Source: the human T2T-CHM13v2.0 reference genome, Homo sapiens. Taken from it: DNA of 64,000 nucleotides. Shown here one piece after another: positions 45,728 through 60,573 of this stretch (position 1 is its first letter; every line of letters begins with the position of its first letter). Position numbers and translations under genes: made by a program. The DNA is taken from the NCBI RefSeq assembly GCF_009914755.1, contig NC_060926.1, one strand, 5' to 3'. The notes under the pieces are model-generated. The model saw only the letters and a program-made list of their open reading frames with translations. It ran no database searches and had not been told where the DNA came from.

Positions 45728-46042
45728 GGCCGGGCGCAGTGGCTCATGCCTGTAATTCCAGCGCTTTGGGAGGCCGAGGTGAGCAGATCACAAGGTCAGG
45801 AGATCGAGACCATCCTGGCTAACATGGTGAAACACCATCTCTGTTAAAAATACAAAAAAATTAGCCGGGCATGGTGGTGCATGCCTGTAGTCCCAGCTTA
45901 CTCAGGAGGCTGAGGCAGGAGAATGGCGTGAACCCAGGAGACAGAGCTTGCAGTGAGCCGAGATCATGCCACTGCATTCCAGCCTGGGCAGCAGAGTGAG
46001 ACTCCGTCAAAAAAAAAAAGAAAAAGAAAAAAGAAAAAAAAA
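45728..46042 (+). mobile_element. AluY-like
   Basis: gagatcgagaccatcctggctaac and gaatggcgtgaaccc; A tail. Confidence 0.95.
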
Positions 46043-46116
46043 TTAAATTGTTTAAATGGCCCTGAAAACCTGTGAAAGAGTTTGCAAGCATTCTCTTAAC
46101 CCTGTTGATAAAAAGC

Positions 46117-46447
<331 letters not shown>

Positions 46448-47720
46448 GTAAAAGCTTTTCTTTCATTTACTTGTTTATTCCCTCAAAGCTTATTTTGTCA
46501 TTTAAATCAAAATGATTTAGATGAAGAACTTGATCGGTGAAAATAAATTTACAGATTTTTCTCCTGTACAAAATATCTTATTTTTTTAAGGTGATAAACT
46601 TTAAAATATGTTCGGTTCAATACTTCTACTTCTCATTTCTCTTTCTAAATGATAGCGTGATGTTGTGTCACCAGCAGGTAAATCACTGCAGCATTTCATT
46701 CCAGAGGTGACAGGATTTTTAATGGTCCAGAAAATGACACCATATATATCAATCTAAAAACATCTCACCTGCACTCAGGTATAAGGCTATGCAACTCTTG
46801 CTGATTTTTCACCTTCTTTTTCCTAAAGAGTTTGGAAGGAAAGCCATTGTTTTGGGCTTGTTTGCATAAGACCCCTGTTGGCTTATGTCAAGCAGCAAAG
46901 AGAGATGAAAGGTCAAAATTACAATAAGCATATTTGTTTCTGCTTGTGTGAGATTTGGCAGATTAGCTACACTATAAGTTAACAGTACCTGGCAACAATG
47001 GCAATGGTATTACACTAACGTTAATTGAAGAAAACATGCAGCATGTAAGACCACTACAAAGGACTTCTCATAAATTTCACATATTCAATAGGCAGCTTTT
47101 AATTTCCAAACAGCTTAAGAGTTAACCCAAGTACATGTCAGGGTATCAGGAATGAGGAAGCTGGTGAATTCGTTTGATTCAGCTACACTCCTGTGTTGAA
47201 CAAGCAAGGCATCCATCAAGTTGAAACTGTGTGGAAAGTACCATTGTGTTTGCATGTTAAATAGCAAGGATTGATCAATAAGTGTCCTGTATGCAGTGAA
47301 AACTCTATAAGGAAAAGGATATAATAGAAAATGTCCATGTTCTAGGTGAAAACATGACTAAGGAGATATGAAAAAATTAAAGAGAAAAGACGTGCAGAGA
47401 TTTCACTTTGAAACGAGTGAAACAAGTGAACAATAATATTAGCATCTTTCTGCCATCAGCAGGTATAAAAAAATTACGCATGTATGTGTCTTTTGCTTGT
47501 TATTTTACATCCACAAATTTTATGAGTCTAGAAAAATGCTTTCTTGCATGGATGTTCACTTTCACTAGAAAAAAAGAGAAAACAACAAACATGCTCAACC
47601 ATAAGGGATGAAACAATAAGTTTGGATACATCCATATAATGTGATAATATGTAGCCACAAAAATCATGATGATGATATAACAATATTAGTGATATGACTT
47701 AACATTAAGTGATCAAACTA

Positions 47721-48152
<432 letters not shown>

Positions 48153-48257
48153 TGAAAAATATCCATGCATGAGTGTATGTATAGGTACAATTGTGAAGGA
48201 GTATTTACTGAAATTAACAGTGGCAGTCTCTGGATGATGAGATTATAAATAATCTCC

Positions 48258-48433
48258 TCTTTCTTTCTTTTTTTTTTTTTTTTTTTTGAGATGGGGTCTC
48301 ACTCTGTCACCCACACTGGAGTGCAATGGCACAATCTTGGCTCACTGCAGCCTCAACCTCCTGGGCTCAAGTAATCTTCCCTCCTTGGCTTCTCAAAGTG
48401 CTGGGATTACAGGCATAAGCCACCACTTCTGGC
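48258..48433 (-). mobile_element. Internally deleted AluJ / monomer-length Alu
   Basis: Right-arm start joined to a left-arm-type end (tcaagtaatcttccctccttggcttctcaaagtgc). Confidence 0.85.
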
Positions 48434-49509
48434 TTATTCTTTTTCATTCTCTGTATTTATATGTTCTAAAAGGAGAATGATTTATCACTTGCATAAATAA
48501 ACAATTAAAATTTAAAGTCAGGAACAAAGCAATAAATACATTATGATCAGAAACAAATAGGAAAGACAGACTAAAATGCTGACAATGACTATCTTTAGGT
48601 AATGGACCGTGAATGCATTTATTTTCTCCTTTCATTTGTTTATGTTGTCACAACTTTTCACAACAAATATACATCAGTTTTGTAATATAAGGGTGGATAG
48701 TCTGCATTCCTCTGCTTTATATGGCCTAAGTTAACAACTTATAATAAATATAAAAATAATGAGGACTTACAATGAGATCTTAGAACTGTGCTTAGAGGGG
48801 TATCAGTAACCATATGAAGAAATCTTTGACCACTTGCCTTAGAGCTTAGCCTACACCGAAGTCTCAAATTATAAAAGACAGTTTTCTTTTTATGTGACTT
48901 TAACTTCTTGAATAATTGCTCATATACCCGTAACTGATTTGGTATTACACTGGGAAAAGGACTGACATGGGGTTAATCAGTGAGATTGCAAAAGAAAAGC
49001 AGATATAGCTCTTGCCCTTGAAGGAATCAATTTGGTAAAGGCAAGATTTGACTGTAATAATGATTTGAGTTGTATGTGCGGTTTATGGAGATGAGTTCTA
49101 TTAGGAAGGCGTAATTAGTGTTTGAAGGTAACAAACAAGTGTATATGAGTATAATATAGATAAAGGTTGGGGCTGGAGAGGGATTATAAAAGCCATGTGT
49201 TACCTCGAAAAAGTTTAATGTGCTACTAAATCAGTTGTAAGAAGGTCAATTGTCAATTGACTTTAGCAGACTTAATGCATCACACAGAAGAATAGGAGAT
49301 GGAACGTGGTTAGGTCAGAATTATAGACATTATGCCAAGATTCTCTCTAATATGAGTATAATTATTTCCTCTATAAAGCAAAATTTTACTGGACACCTGT
49401 TTTCGTTGCTTTCAATATGGATATTTGAGGTAATGTGCCAGTCAATACTAACATTACAGACTCACCTCCCTAAAACTTCCATTTTAATTTAAGAAACATA
49501 AAACAAATG

Positions 49510-50320
49510 CAATATTTAATTGAGTGTCTTCTTCATGCTTTCATGGTCCTAAGCTCCGATGGAGTCATGTGCGTACCATCATGGAGTGAGTATTTTGATG
49601 ATATGTATATAAAAACAATTATGTGTTTATAATCTGTGTTGGCTGTGTTAAAGTGCAATGAAAGAAACAAAGTTGGATGAAGGTGGGAGTTGGGTATATG
49701 ATGATCTGGAAAGGTGATTTTAAGCAGAAACCTAAAGAAAATGAGAGAAGAGGTTATCAAATATCTTGAGATTATTCCAGGGAGGGGAACAGAAAAAAAG
49801 GTGTTCCTGAGATGGGAGTATGCTTCATGGGTATGCTTCCAGGATCAATAATGAGGTCAGTTAGGCAGAAGTTGGGTGACTGTTGGGAAAATTGTAGGAG
49901 ATGATGTGGGAGGTGAGAGCTACAGAATTTGCCTTCACTCTGCATGGGCTGGGAAGCCACTAGAGGAGAGGAAGCAGAAGAATAACTTGAGTTGATGACT
50001 TAGATTATAAGAGACTCACTCTGGCTGTTGTGCTGTGGTTAGAAAGCGAGGATAAAGGGTGGGGACAAGGGTAGAGTTGGGGAACAAGTTAGGAGGCTTC
50101 TGTAAAACTCCAGGCAAGAGATGACGGTCGCTTAGACTATGGCAAGGAGTGGTGAGAAGTGGTTTGTGTTTGGATGTGTTTGTCAGGATTTAGCAGGGGA
50201 TGTGGGGTATTAAGGGCAGAGTCAAGGATGACTTTCAGGGCTCTGACCTAAGCAATTGAAAGACTGGATCTGCCATGTATTAAGATGGGCTGGGGAGAAA
50301 CAATTTTGCATGGCTTCTTA
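49510..50320 (-). mobile_element. L2 fragment
   Basis: tcactctggctgttgtg, ccaggcaagagatgacgg, gagtcaaggatgac. Confidence 0.8.
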
Positions 50321-51049
50321 AACTGAAACTAAAGACTTCAAAGAGATTTCCAGTCTGTGCTGAGACACGTTACATTGCACTCTCAGGCCCTGGGACGTGT
50401 ATATTCAGAAGTTCTTTTCCTGGACCCCGGCAAGAACAGTGCTTCTCATCACTTACTACGTGAGGTGCTGCTCTGGTCTTCTTTCAGCTATACCTTTTCC
50501 TATGAGGTGAGGGGTCCATGAAGCCAAGGGGATGTTCCCCCTCGGAGCCTACCCTCCTTTCCAGAACATGCACCAGGTAACCAGAGCTCCAGTTCTCAGT
50601 CCTCTGTACCATTTGCCAGCAAGCCTCCTTCCCTAGGAAACTCCCCGAGCCCATGAATCCCACCATGTGATGATTGCCTGCCCGTTTCTCTGACTCTCTC
50701 ACCAGCCTGTGAACTTCTGGGGAACAAGAAGAACAATTCAGCCCTCTTTGACTCTGTAGAATGCAACAAAATGGCAAGCTGTTGGGTATACCCTCAGAAA
50801 TTTTATGGAGGAAAGGAAGAGAAGGTGGGGTAGAAAAGAAGGAAGAATAAAATGATAGATCTGATGCTCAAAGACCTAGTAGCAGAGATTAGGCAGTTGA
50901 TTAGGCAGAGATTAGCCAGTTATGTTACCCATAACTGGAAGTACAAAGTAATACATGGGGTAGATTAGGCATGAGGAGTGCCATGAGGTTCAGCAGTGAT
51001 GTGGGTCTTCACTGCTTTCTACTGGGGTGGTTTGGTGGACAGGTTAATA

Positions 51050-51230
51050 TTGCTGACCTTGGCTAAGTCAAGTCACATAACCTACCTGTTTCTGGTCCTC
51101 CATCTGTAAAATGGGGCTATCAATACCTCACAGGGGTGTCGAGAGGATACATGAGGTAACATATGCAAGAAATCTTTTACTTTTTCAGAAGAAAGACACT
51201 ACATAAACCTAAGGTATTATTATCATTCAT
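51050..51230 (+). mobile_element. MIR
   Basis: catctgtaaaatggggctatcaatacctcacagggg. Confidence 0.8.
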
Positions 51231-52939
51231 TTTAACTTTGGAATAGCATCATCCTGTCATTTTTGATCCCATAATTACAATACATCAGGTAAGCACAGAT
51301 TTTAAAATCAAGGGAGCACTGTACAATGCACGGAGACGTGAAAACTTTGTCACATGAGAACAGCCCTGACAACTTCAAAAGTGCCTTAGGGCTGCATCTA
51401 TTTCCATATTAATGCAGGCCGCATACATCATGAAAGAGAAATGCAAACGTGTAATGTTTGCTAGCCTGCACCTCTGATTTGACAAATACACACAAATGAC
51501 CTGCTTGGTCTTTGTGGTAATGGGTAACTGCTGGCAATGGGCACTCTTTTTATTCAGGCAAAGGAGTTAATGTAATTTTTGTTTGAAGCCAACGGCCACC
51601 ACTACCCATTTGGGACAATCAGAGGTGCATTATTTTAAAGCACAACTTGAAATGTAGCTATATGCAGTCTTTAGCCTCCATTTGAAAATATACATTCCCG
51701 CAGCTTGGTCTCACAGAGTTTTCTGAACTTGCTAGTTTTTAGAATCATAGTGCTAAGTATTTCCATTTCAATACCTTTGCCCTGTGAAAATATTTAAGGC
51801 AGTTATAGTCAAAAATGTTTCTTTTTGTTTGTCTTTGCCACTACAAGGGCCCACACATTCCTGGTAAATGGGATAAAAGAAACAACAATTACATGACATT
51901 AGTTTTATGATAAGACAGTGTGACCATAGCCAAGTCTTTAGGCTTCAGTTTCCTGATTTATAAAGCACAAGGGTAGGGCAGGGCTCTCTGGCTCAATTAA
52001 CAAAGGGGGACAGTGCCCAGCTTAAGATCTGCAGGTTGACAGTGCAGGGGTGACAAGAAAATGTCTTTTTAGTCCCTCTCTGCACCGTTCTTACCCAACA
52101 GTGCTTTTTGAGTGCCCGAGGTTATTTTAGGAATCGCCATCATTTTATGCTGCAGTTGCTTCTCTCCCTGGTGAAAACCCTGGAGTGTTATGCAGCTTTA
52201 ATTAACAGTGAGATGTTGTGTTTTGGATGGAGACCAAGGTATAGCCCTTCGGGTACCTTTTTGGCACTCATTACAGAGATTGTAAGGTGATTCCATCTCT
52301 CTGGTGTTCCTTAGGCAAGACAGAGATGCCGAGCTGAAGTGTACATGGGCAGCAACGTGGGAGCGCTCCTCAGAAAGCCGTGTTTTCACAAAGACTATTG
52401 GCTGTGAGAGCCAGGGTACGTGCCCTGCTCTGTGAATCCAGCCCAAGATGCTGCAGTGGGCTCCTTTCCTCTCTCCCTCTCTGCATTCTCAATCCCGTGG
52501 GTCAGAGGCCACCTGCTCTCCAGCACAAACGCTCGGTGGATAATGTGCACCTAGCGCCTCGCTGTCAGAGCTCCAGCGGTTCAGGGCACAAATGTTGCCT
52601 TTGGCCCGATTAATGGAAAAAAATAAATTATTCTACAGTGAACCTGCTGAAGGTATGTGTGGAGCCGAAATTACAAGGATTTTATCCTTTAGTTTTTCCC
52701 CTAACTTTCCTGTTGGTACAAAGTCAGCAACACTTAACTAGTTTTGTATTTTTTTAAAAGGGAGAATAATGGGTCTGTTGATACTAATTTGGATTTTTTT
52801 TTTGATGAACCCAGAGGTAGTTCTTGATTAGAAAATTATATTAGTAATAGAAATGCCTCTTTACTTCTACCCCATATGGGCATATCAGGGTAAAAATAGT
52901 CTGATGGTGTAATTTAGGTATTCTCCACTGATCCAGATG

Positions 52940-53135
52940 CAAGATCCATTAAAATCATTATGTGCCAGACACTGTGGAAGGAGACTTTACAGACATTATA
53001 TCATTTAATTCTCACAGTTTTGTGCTGAAGCCTCATTTATAGGTAAGAAAGTTGAGGTGAGGAGTTAGTGAATGGCACAGTAGGGATTGGAAGCCAGGCC
53101 TTTCAATTCCATGCTTGACACTCTTTCCACTATAC
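52940..53135 (-). mobile_element. MIR
   Basis: tatgtgccagacactgtg...tcatttaattctcaca...gggattggaagccagg. Confidence 0.75.
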
Positions 53136-53631
53136 ACATACTGTCCAGGACACATCACAGTTCACTGGGAAATGCCCACTTCAAAGAAACAATTTTCTCA
53201 GCAACTGGAGGCCAGGCAAAAAGGAGAGCTTGTGTGGGAAAGAAGGAGAGGCAAATAGTATGGTGGGATGAGAAAGAGAAAGGGAGAGAGACAGGCACAC
53301 AGAGAGAAATACACACGGGGAGAAATGGAGATAAATACAAAGAAAGAGAGAATGGACAGGATAGAGTGGGAATCACAGCTGTGGTGGAGTCTTCTGGCCC
53401 AGGATGCATCCTTAGGAATGTTTGGATGTTTCACTCTGTAACGTGCTACTTATAGTTGAAATTATGAACCTTATTGTTGAATTGTGAAGAGGCTTAAATT
53501 ATGAGTGTATCCCAAATACATCTTGGCTGGCTTGAGGCCAGTCCTGCCCATTGGTGTATCTCTCAGAACATACATCTGACTTCAGTGGCTAAGTAAATTG
53601 TGTAAATCCTTTTTTTTAAAAAAAAAACTGA

Positions 53632-53939
<308 letters not shown>

Positions 53940-54120
53940 TATTCATTTATTTTTAATAAACCTATGTAAGTACCTCTTATCTTAAGAATTAGAACATTAC
54001 TAGTAACTGTGAAGCCCTCACGTTTTCTTCCTGATATCATCTTGTTTCCTCTTCATTGAAGTTAATCATTTTTATGATTACTGGAATAATTACTCCTCAT
54101 TTTTCTATTGAAAATATTCA

Positions 54121-54575
54121 ATTTTTTAATTGACACATAAGTATACATATTTATGGGACACATAGTGATACATATATGTAAAATGATCAGATCAAAGTAA
54201 TTATTAGTCTATTTTTCATTATACTTTGACCAACTATGTATACTATGGGCATAGTACACATTGCATTTTAAATTTCTAAAAAATTTTAACCTTTTTTTAT
54301 GGTAAGAACACATAAAATCTATTTTCTTAGCAAATTTCAAGTAGCTAAACACAGAAAGAAAAATATTGCGTAATCTTACTTCTATTTGGAACCCCAAAAG
54401 GAAAAAAAAAAAAAGATGAGCACCTAGAAACAGTACAATGTGGTTACCAAGGGTGGGAAGGGGCAAAAGTGGGAAGATGAAAGGGTACAAAGTTAGGGTT
54501 ATGTGGAATGAATAATTCTTAAGTTCTAATGTACAGCATGAGGACTATAGCTAATAACATTGTATTATATTTTGG
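54121..54575. mobile_element. L1MA/MB-like 3' UTR with internal inversion
   Basis: Antisense extreme 3' end (54121-54343) joined to a sense upstream 3' UTR segment (54344-54575). Confidence 0.75.
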
Positions 54576-54609
54576 AAATATTTATATTTAGTTTTTTTTG
54601 AAAGAGTGT

Positions 54610-55032
54610 TGCTATAGGTTTGGATGTTTGTCCCCCCTCAAGCCTCACATATTATCCCCACAGTGGGAGGTAAGGCCTAACAGGAGGTGTTTGGGTCATG
54701 GGGGTGGATCTCTCATGAACAGCTTAGTGCTGTGCTTGCCGTAATAATTTCTTCGTCCATTGTTTCTCACGAGAGCTGGTTATGAAAAGGAGCCTGGCAC
54801 TCCTCCATTTCCCTCTTGCTTCCTCTCTGGCCATGAGATCTCTGCATGTGATCTCATGCCAGCTACCCTTGGTCTTCCACCATGCCTGGAAGCAGCCCGA
54901 GGCCTTCACCAGATGCCTGATCTTCCAGCCAACAGAATAATGAACCAAGTAAATATTTTTTTTTAAGAAAAAAAGAAAGAAATGACCCAGCCTTAGGTAT
55001 TTCTTTACAGCAATACAAAACAGAGTAAGACA
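54610..55032 (+). mobile_element. MSTB-like solo LTR
   Basis: tgctataggtttggatgtttgtcccc ... cagagtaagaca; approximate TSD agtgt/aatgt. Confidence 0.9.
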
Positions 55033-56654
55033 AATGTGCACAATTTTAACTACAGACAGCACATTACAGAGCAAAATATCCTAAAATTCCTTAGAATACC
55101 TTCTCTCCAGAGATCCTATAGTAGCTGTGCTTCCTACTCTGTCCCACCCACTCTCTTTTTGTGTGTTTCTCTCTGTGTGTATTTCTCTCTGTGTCTTTCT
55201 CCCCTTCTTTTCCTGGTGCCATGATGCCACTTGCCTCTCCTTCTTTCCCATACAATTACTCCACTCAAGTACTCCCCTCTCAACTCGTGCCCCTCCTCTT
55301 CACACAGGGCCCCCAGGGAAGTCTGTGACTGCTATTAATCTCATAGGGAACAGGCCTTGGAATTTCAGTGAATAAAATTCTCCATCTCATTATATAGGTT
55401 AATAAGCTCCTACAGCATGTTCAGATCCTATGAAATATTAACGACGTGACACAGAAGTTGTAGGCGGAGGGTATCTTATGCTTAGAGCATTTAGGAGCCT
55501 TTGCCAATGGAACATCAATCAGAAATCAAAACAAAGCATTGTTAAATGCATAATAAAAACTCAGTGGAAAAATATTTGATTTCTAAATGTCTGATATAGG
55601 AAGCAAGTTCTGGGGAGACCATTCATTGCTACTTAAAGGGAGATGTATTTAAAATTGAAGATGTATGTGACCTTCCCACTAGGAAATAAACAACATGTTT
55701 GGGTTATACAGAACAAAGCAGAAAAATCATTTTGGAAGTCAAGTAGTAAGTTGTAAAGTTAACATTTCATGGCAGCAGTTTTTTATTCTACAGTGTATGA
55801 TAGGCAGTGGGGGCTAAGATTAGCACTCAGCTTCCAGTTCACAACTTGGTGGAATCAAATATCTTTCTATGAGCACAACTCTATGGCAAGTCCCCCACTG
55901 AACCTCTCAGAGCAATGGAGAGGTTTGAACATAAAACCAAAGCTCTTCTAACTGAGGTTCCAATTTTATGTGCTCCTTAAAGATAAATGTAGATTTAACT
56001 TTTACACTTTAGTGTCCTGCGTTGACCTGGTATGGTAAAAATAGCAACCCTGAGCAAAGAAACCATAGAAGAGTTTATTTCTTTTCTTGTGTGTGTGTTT
56101 TTTTTTTCCCTTTATTCTTTTTTGGCCATGATAAGACACTTAATTGCTGCAATACTGTCGTTTTAGGAGGGATATCTCAGTGGTTCAAGTAGGACAAGAC
56201 AGAGCCTGACGCTTCTGGCAAATTCGAAACTGTGCAGCTAGACAGTATTTGCCAGAATCTTAGTCCAAAGCCAGAGGTTCTCCGCTGTTTACGCAGATTC
56301 TCCATCAGATTAAAGTTGTTCCCACCTTTAAATTTTAGAAGGATAGTTTGGAGACTGTTATGACTATCCAGACACTTTGTACATTTGAGAAGATCCAGAA
56401 TTGTCAGATAGCAACATTTTTTTCCTTTCCTTTCTTTTTTTTTTTTTTTTTCCTCTATACTTTTGGATGCTTAAATAATTTTTTTCTTCTGCAGACTTCG
56501 GAAAGGGACTGCTTGAGTTCCAGAAGGCCAAGAAAGTTTCAAGGAAGGAAGAAAATAAATCACAGGATCAAACTAAAAGTCATCCATCATGGACCAGGTC
56601 TGGACCCTAGGTTCCTGGGTCAGGGAATAATAATCATGACACTGTAAACTTCTA

Positions 56655-57101
56655 GTGGGAGGAATCATAATTCATAGGCTGACTCTACCATTACTCTGAA
56701 CTCCCTTTTCATTTGCTTCCTGTCCTAGCTTTCCTTGAAGCTAAAGGTAGCCATGTGACACTGTGTTAGGCAATGGAACTTCAGCAGGAGTCTGCTGGGC
56801 TGAGTAAGAAAGGCTTTCTTATTTAAAACAAACAATATAACTTGCGTCTGCCTTTTGGCCCTGCCTTGAATGCAGATTCTGTGCCTGGAGACCACAGCAA
56901 CCATCTAGAGAACATGAGGGAAATGCCAAGACAATGGCAGGAACCTTGGACCCGGCCGGCATCACTGAGTCATGGAACCAAAGCCAGTAGCGGCCTCCTT
57001 CCAAGGAATTTGTTAGTTAATAATGAAAGGAATTTATCTATTTGAACCACTCTATGATGGATTTGCTGTTGCTTGAGCCAAACACATTCCTAACTGATAC
57101 A
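56655..57101 (+). mobile_element. MLT1J/K-like LTR
   Basis: gccatgtgacac, cagcaaccatct, ends cattcctaactgataca. Confidence 0.72.
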
Positions 57102-58945
57102 TTGCCCTGGCTAGTGCCTAGCAAAATGACTTTCAACCAGCAAGAGGGAGAGAAAACACAGGAGCTCAGGCTTTAATAACCATCTCAATAGCCATCATTC
57201 TAAAATCTGCTTCTCCAGTCCCAGTCTGCTTTCTAAATTTTAGAACCGTGTGTCCTATGGCCTAAAGGGTATTCCCAACAGGCTAACTCACAGTACCTCA
57301 AACTCTTCTTTTACTAAACTAAACCCCCGTTTTCCCCCCTAAATCTGTTCCTCTGATTTGAATTCTTAATTTAAATTAACAGGATCACAGTCCTCTAACT
57401 GTTGAAGTCAGGATATAGGCCCCACCCAATGGAATTCTATTGAGCTTGCACCATTTCAAAGTCCTAATGACAGATCCACAACTTTCTCTGTACTAGAGTT
57501 TTTTTGTTTTGTTTTGTTTTGTTTTGTTTTAAACCTGGAGATTAGTCACATAATGAACTGAGAAAAAAATACACAATGACTTCAGGTTTACTCACATCAC
57601 TGCTCCTCCTCCTGCTCTCATATCTTCAGACTTAAGGACAAAAGGGAAGGGGAGAGGAGAAGGGAAGTATTCTTACCCTGATAACTGGTTCTTCCTGGAT
57701 CTGCCCAACTCCCTGGCCTTGGTGAGGGAAGGGGCCCCTGGAGAGGGCAGGGTTCAACAGCCAGGACTTTTCAAACGACAAGAAGATAATAGGAAAATAT
57801 CGCTCAGAAAGAAGCTACGTGAGGACCAAAATATTAAATCTCTTTATTTTGTTTTGCTTTTTCAAATTATACAGTCTAATCCTACCCACAGGTGCCATTA
57901 ATATTGGCTCCTCCCTAGAGACTCAACTCCAACCAGCAAAAGAAAATTTTAAAAATGCTTCGGTTCACATAACTCACCATAAAGGTAGCACTGGAGCTGG
58001 CCCTAGGGTTGACTGGAACGGGGAATTGACATCCCTTCAGAAATACCTTGCCTGTCAGCTTCATTCTCTCAGTGCAGACAGGCTGCTTCTCACTGCAGTC
58101 CACAGGTCACCAGCCTTTCAGCTCAAGCCCAGAGAGAAAAAGTCACCTCTCACCTCACCTCAGTCCAAAAAATCCCAGAAAAATAATCACTAGGCGTTTT
58201 CTGAGGTCCTTGAGGACAAGCTTTGTACACATAAAAGACTGTGTGCAGCAACTTGGTTTCTAAGATAAATATTCAATATACTAATGTAATGGAGTTTTTT
58301 TTTTCTTCCAGCTTTTAAGTTCAAACTACAAATCTTATTATTCTATCTATAAATCTAATAAAATTTTAAGGGATACTTTACAATTTTGGCAATTAAGTTC
58401 AGTTAAACAGTCTAAACCACATTTATAAATGTAATATATATGATTTTCTTTTTAAGTACTTCAAATACTTCACTAACAAGCAAAACTTTTCCAAGAACCT
58501 AAGCAATTCTTATAAATCTAATAAATTAAACTTTTAAATATCGTGACCCTTAAGTTCTCTTAAATCTTTCAATACTGTTTACAAACTTAGCCAGCTTCTC
58601 CTGGAACTTTCTAGTCTAAAATCAACCACTAAATTAGACATTTAAACTAGAATCACATGGCTAATTACAAGGTTGACTATGCCAGAATCTTTAAACGTTA
58701 AAAACACTTTACAAACATTACAAACACTTTAAGTATCAGACATACTGCAGTTGTCTTAAATTCAACACAAAAACGTTGAAGAGTGTGGGTTTTGTTTACT
58801 TCATCCTCCTTGTGGTTAACTCTAAAATCTTCCAAGGTTGGAAAACACCTGATAAGGAAAGAGTTTTATAATTCCCAGAAAACTGGAGCTCCCTTCCCAC
58901 TGATTGGTTTTTCTCATTAACCAGAAATTTAGACACAGACACTAG

Positions 58946-59209
<264 letters not shown>

Positions 59210-59727
59210 TAGGGAATGCTAACCCCATGTCCTAAAAATGGGGCCCATATAGCTGAACTGAATCTCCTGAGTTAAAGCTAAACTGTTTCCTAATTTATTT
59301 GAAACGTCTTTTACCTATCATCACCTGTTTTGAGTTCATGAGTTTAGTAACTTCTCGTCTAGATTTCTCCTTCACTTGATTGGAATCAGTTAATCTATTT
59401 AGTGTTTGATTTCTATGCAATCTGCCCCATGGGCTACATCTGCCAAGGCCATTTTAAAAACAGGAGGTAGAAGGACTCTAGGTATTTTGGTCACGTGCCC
59501 ACCTGCTGGGCCAAGTGAGCTGAATTTCTGGTTACTGTACCTTTTGACCATGGGTCCACAGACAGGGTAGGGAAAGAAGAGAGAAACAATGAAGTCGCTG
59601 TTAGGAGAATAACAAGCAGCTACTGGCAATAGTTCCCACTCTGCCCACATCACACACCCCTTCCCAGTTCATCTCCATTCTATGGCCAGTAAGATTTTTC
59701 TCATATGTAAATCTGGCCATGCATGTT

Positions 59728-60106
59728 CGATATGGTTTGGCTGTGTCTCCACCCAAATTTCATCTTGAATTGTAGTTCTCATAATCCCCGTGTGTCATGG
59801 GAGGGACCTGGTGGAAGGTAATTGAATCATGGGGCCAGTTACTCCCATGCTGAGATTCTCACGATAGTGAGTGAGTTCTCACGAGATCTGATGGTTTTAT
59901 GAGGGGCTTTCCCCCTGCTGCTCAGCACTTCTCGTTGCTGCCACCATGCGAGGACGGATGTGTTTGCTTTCCTTTCTACCATGATTGTAAGTTTTCTGAG
60001 GTCTTCCCCAGCCCTGCAGAACTGTAAGTCAATTAAATCTCTTTCCTTTATAAATTATCCAGTCTCGAGTATGTCTTTATTAGCAGCATGAGAACAGGTT
60101 AATACT
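59728..60106 (+). mobile_element. THE1D-like solo LTR
   Basis: gatatggtttggctgtgtc...ccatgattgtaagttt...gagaacaggttaatac. Confidence 0.93.
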
Positions 60107-60157
60107 ATCTTTCTCATTAAAATCCTTGAGAGACCTTCATTGTCTACACTGTGGGAT

Positions 60158-60573
60158 TGTACTACTCCATTCTTGCATTGCTGTAAATACCTGGGACTGG
60201 GTAATTGATGTTTTTAAAAAAGGTTTAACTGGCTCATGGTCCTGCAAGCTATACAGAAAGCAAGATGCTGGCATCTGCTTAACTTCTGGGGTGGCCGCAG
60301 GAAGTTAAGGTGGAAGGTTAAGGGGGAGCAGACACATTGCATGGCCAGAGCAGGAGCAAAAGAGGGTGAGGGTGAGCTGCCACACTTTTAAACAGCCAGA
60401 TGTCACCAGAAGTCACTCACTATCACAAGGATAGCACCAAGGGGATAGTGCTAAGCCATTTATAAGGAATCCACCCTCATGATTCAGTCACCTCCCACCA
60501 GGCCCCAACTCCGACATTGGGGATCACATTTCAATCTGAGATTTGGGTGAGGACACACATTTAAATTATATTA
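60158..60573 (-). mobile_element. MSTA-like solo LTR
   Basis: Perfect 5-bp TSD gggat at 60153-60157 and 60574-60578; cacctcccaccaggcccc motif. Confidence 0.9.

Noticed and set aside
52545-52575. CTCF-like reading of ctagcgcctcgctgtc
   Set aside because: Only the GGCGC end fits the consensus; the rest mismatches.
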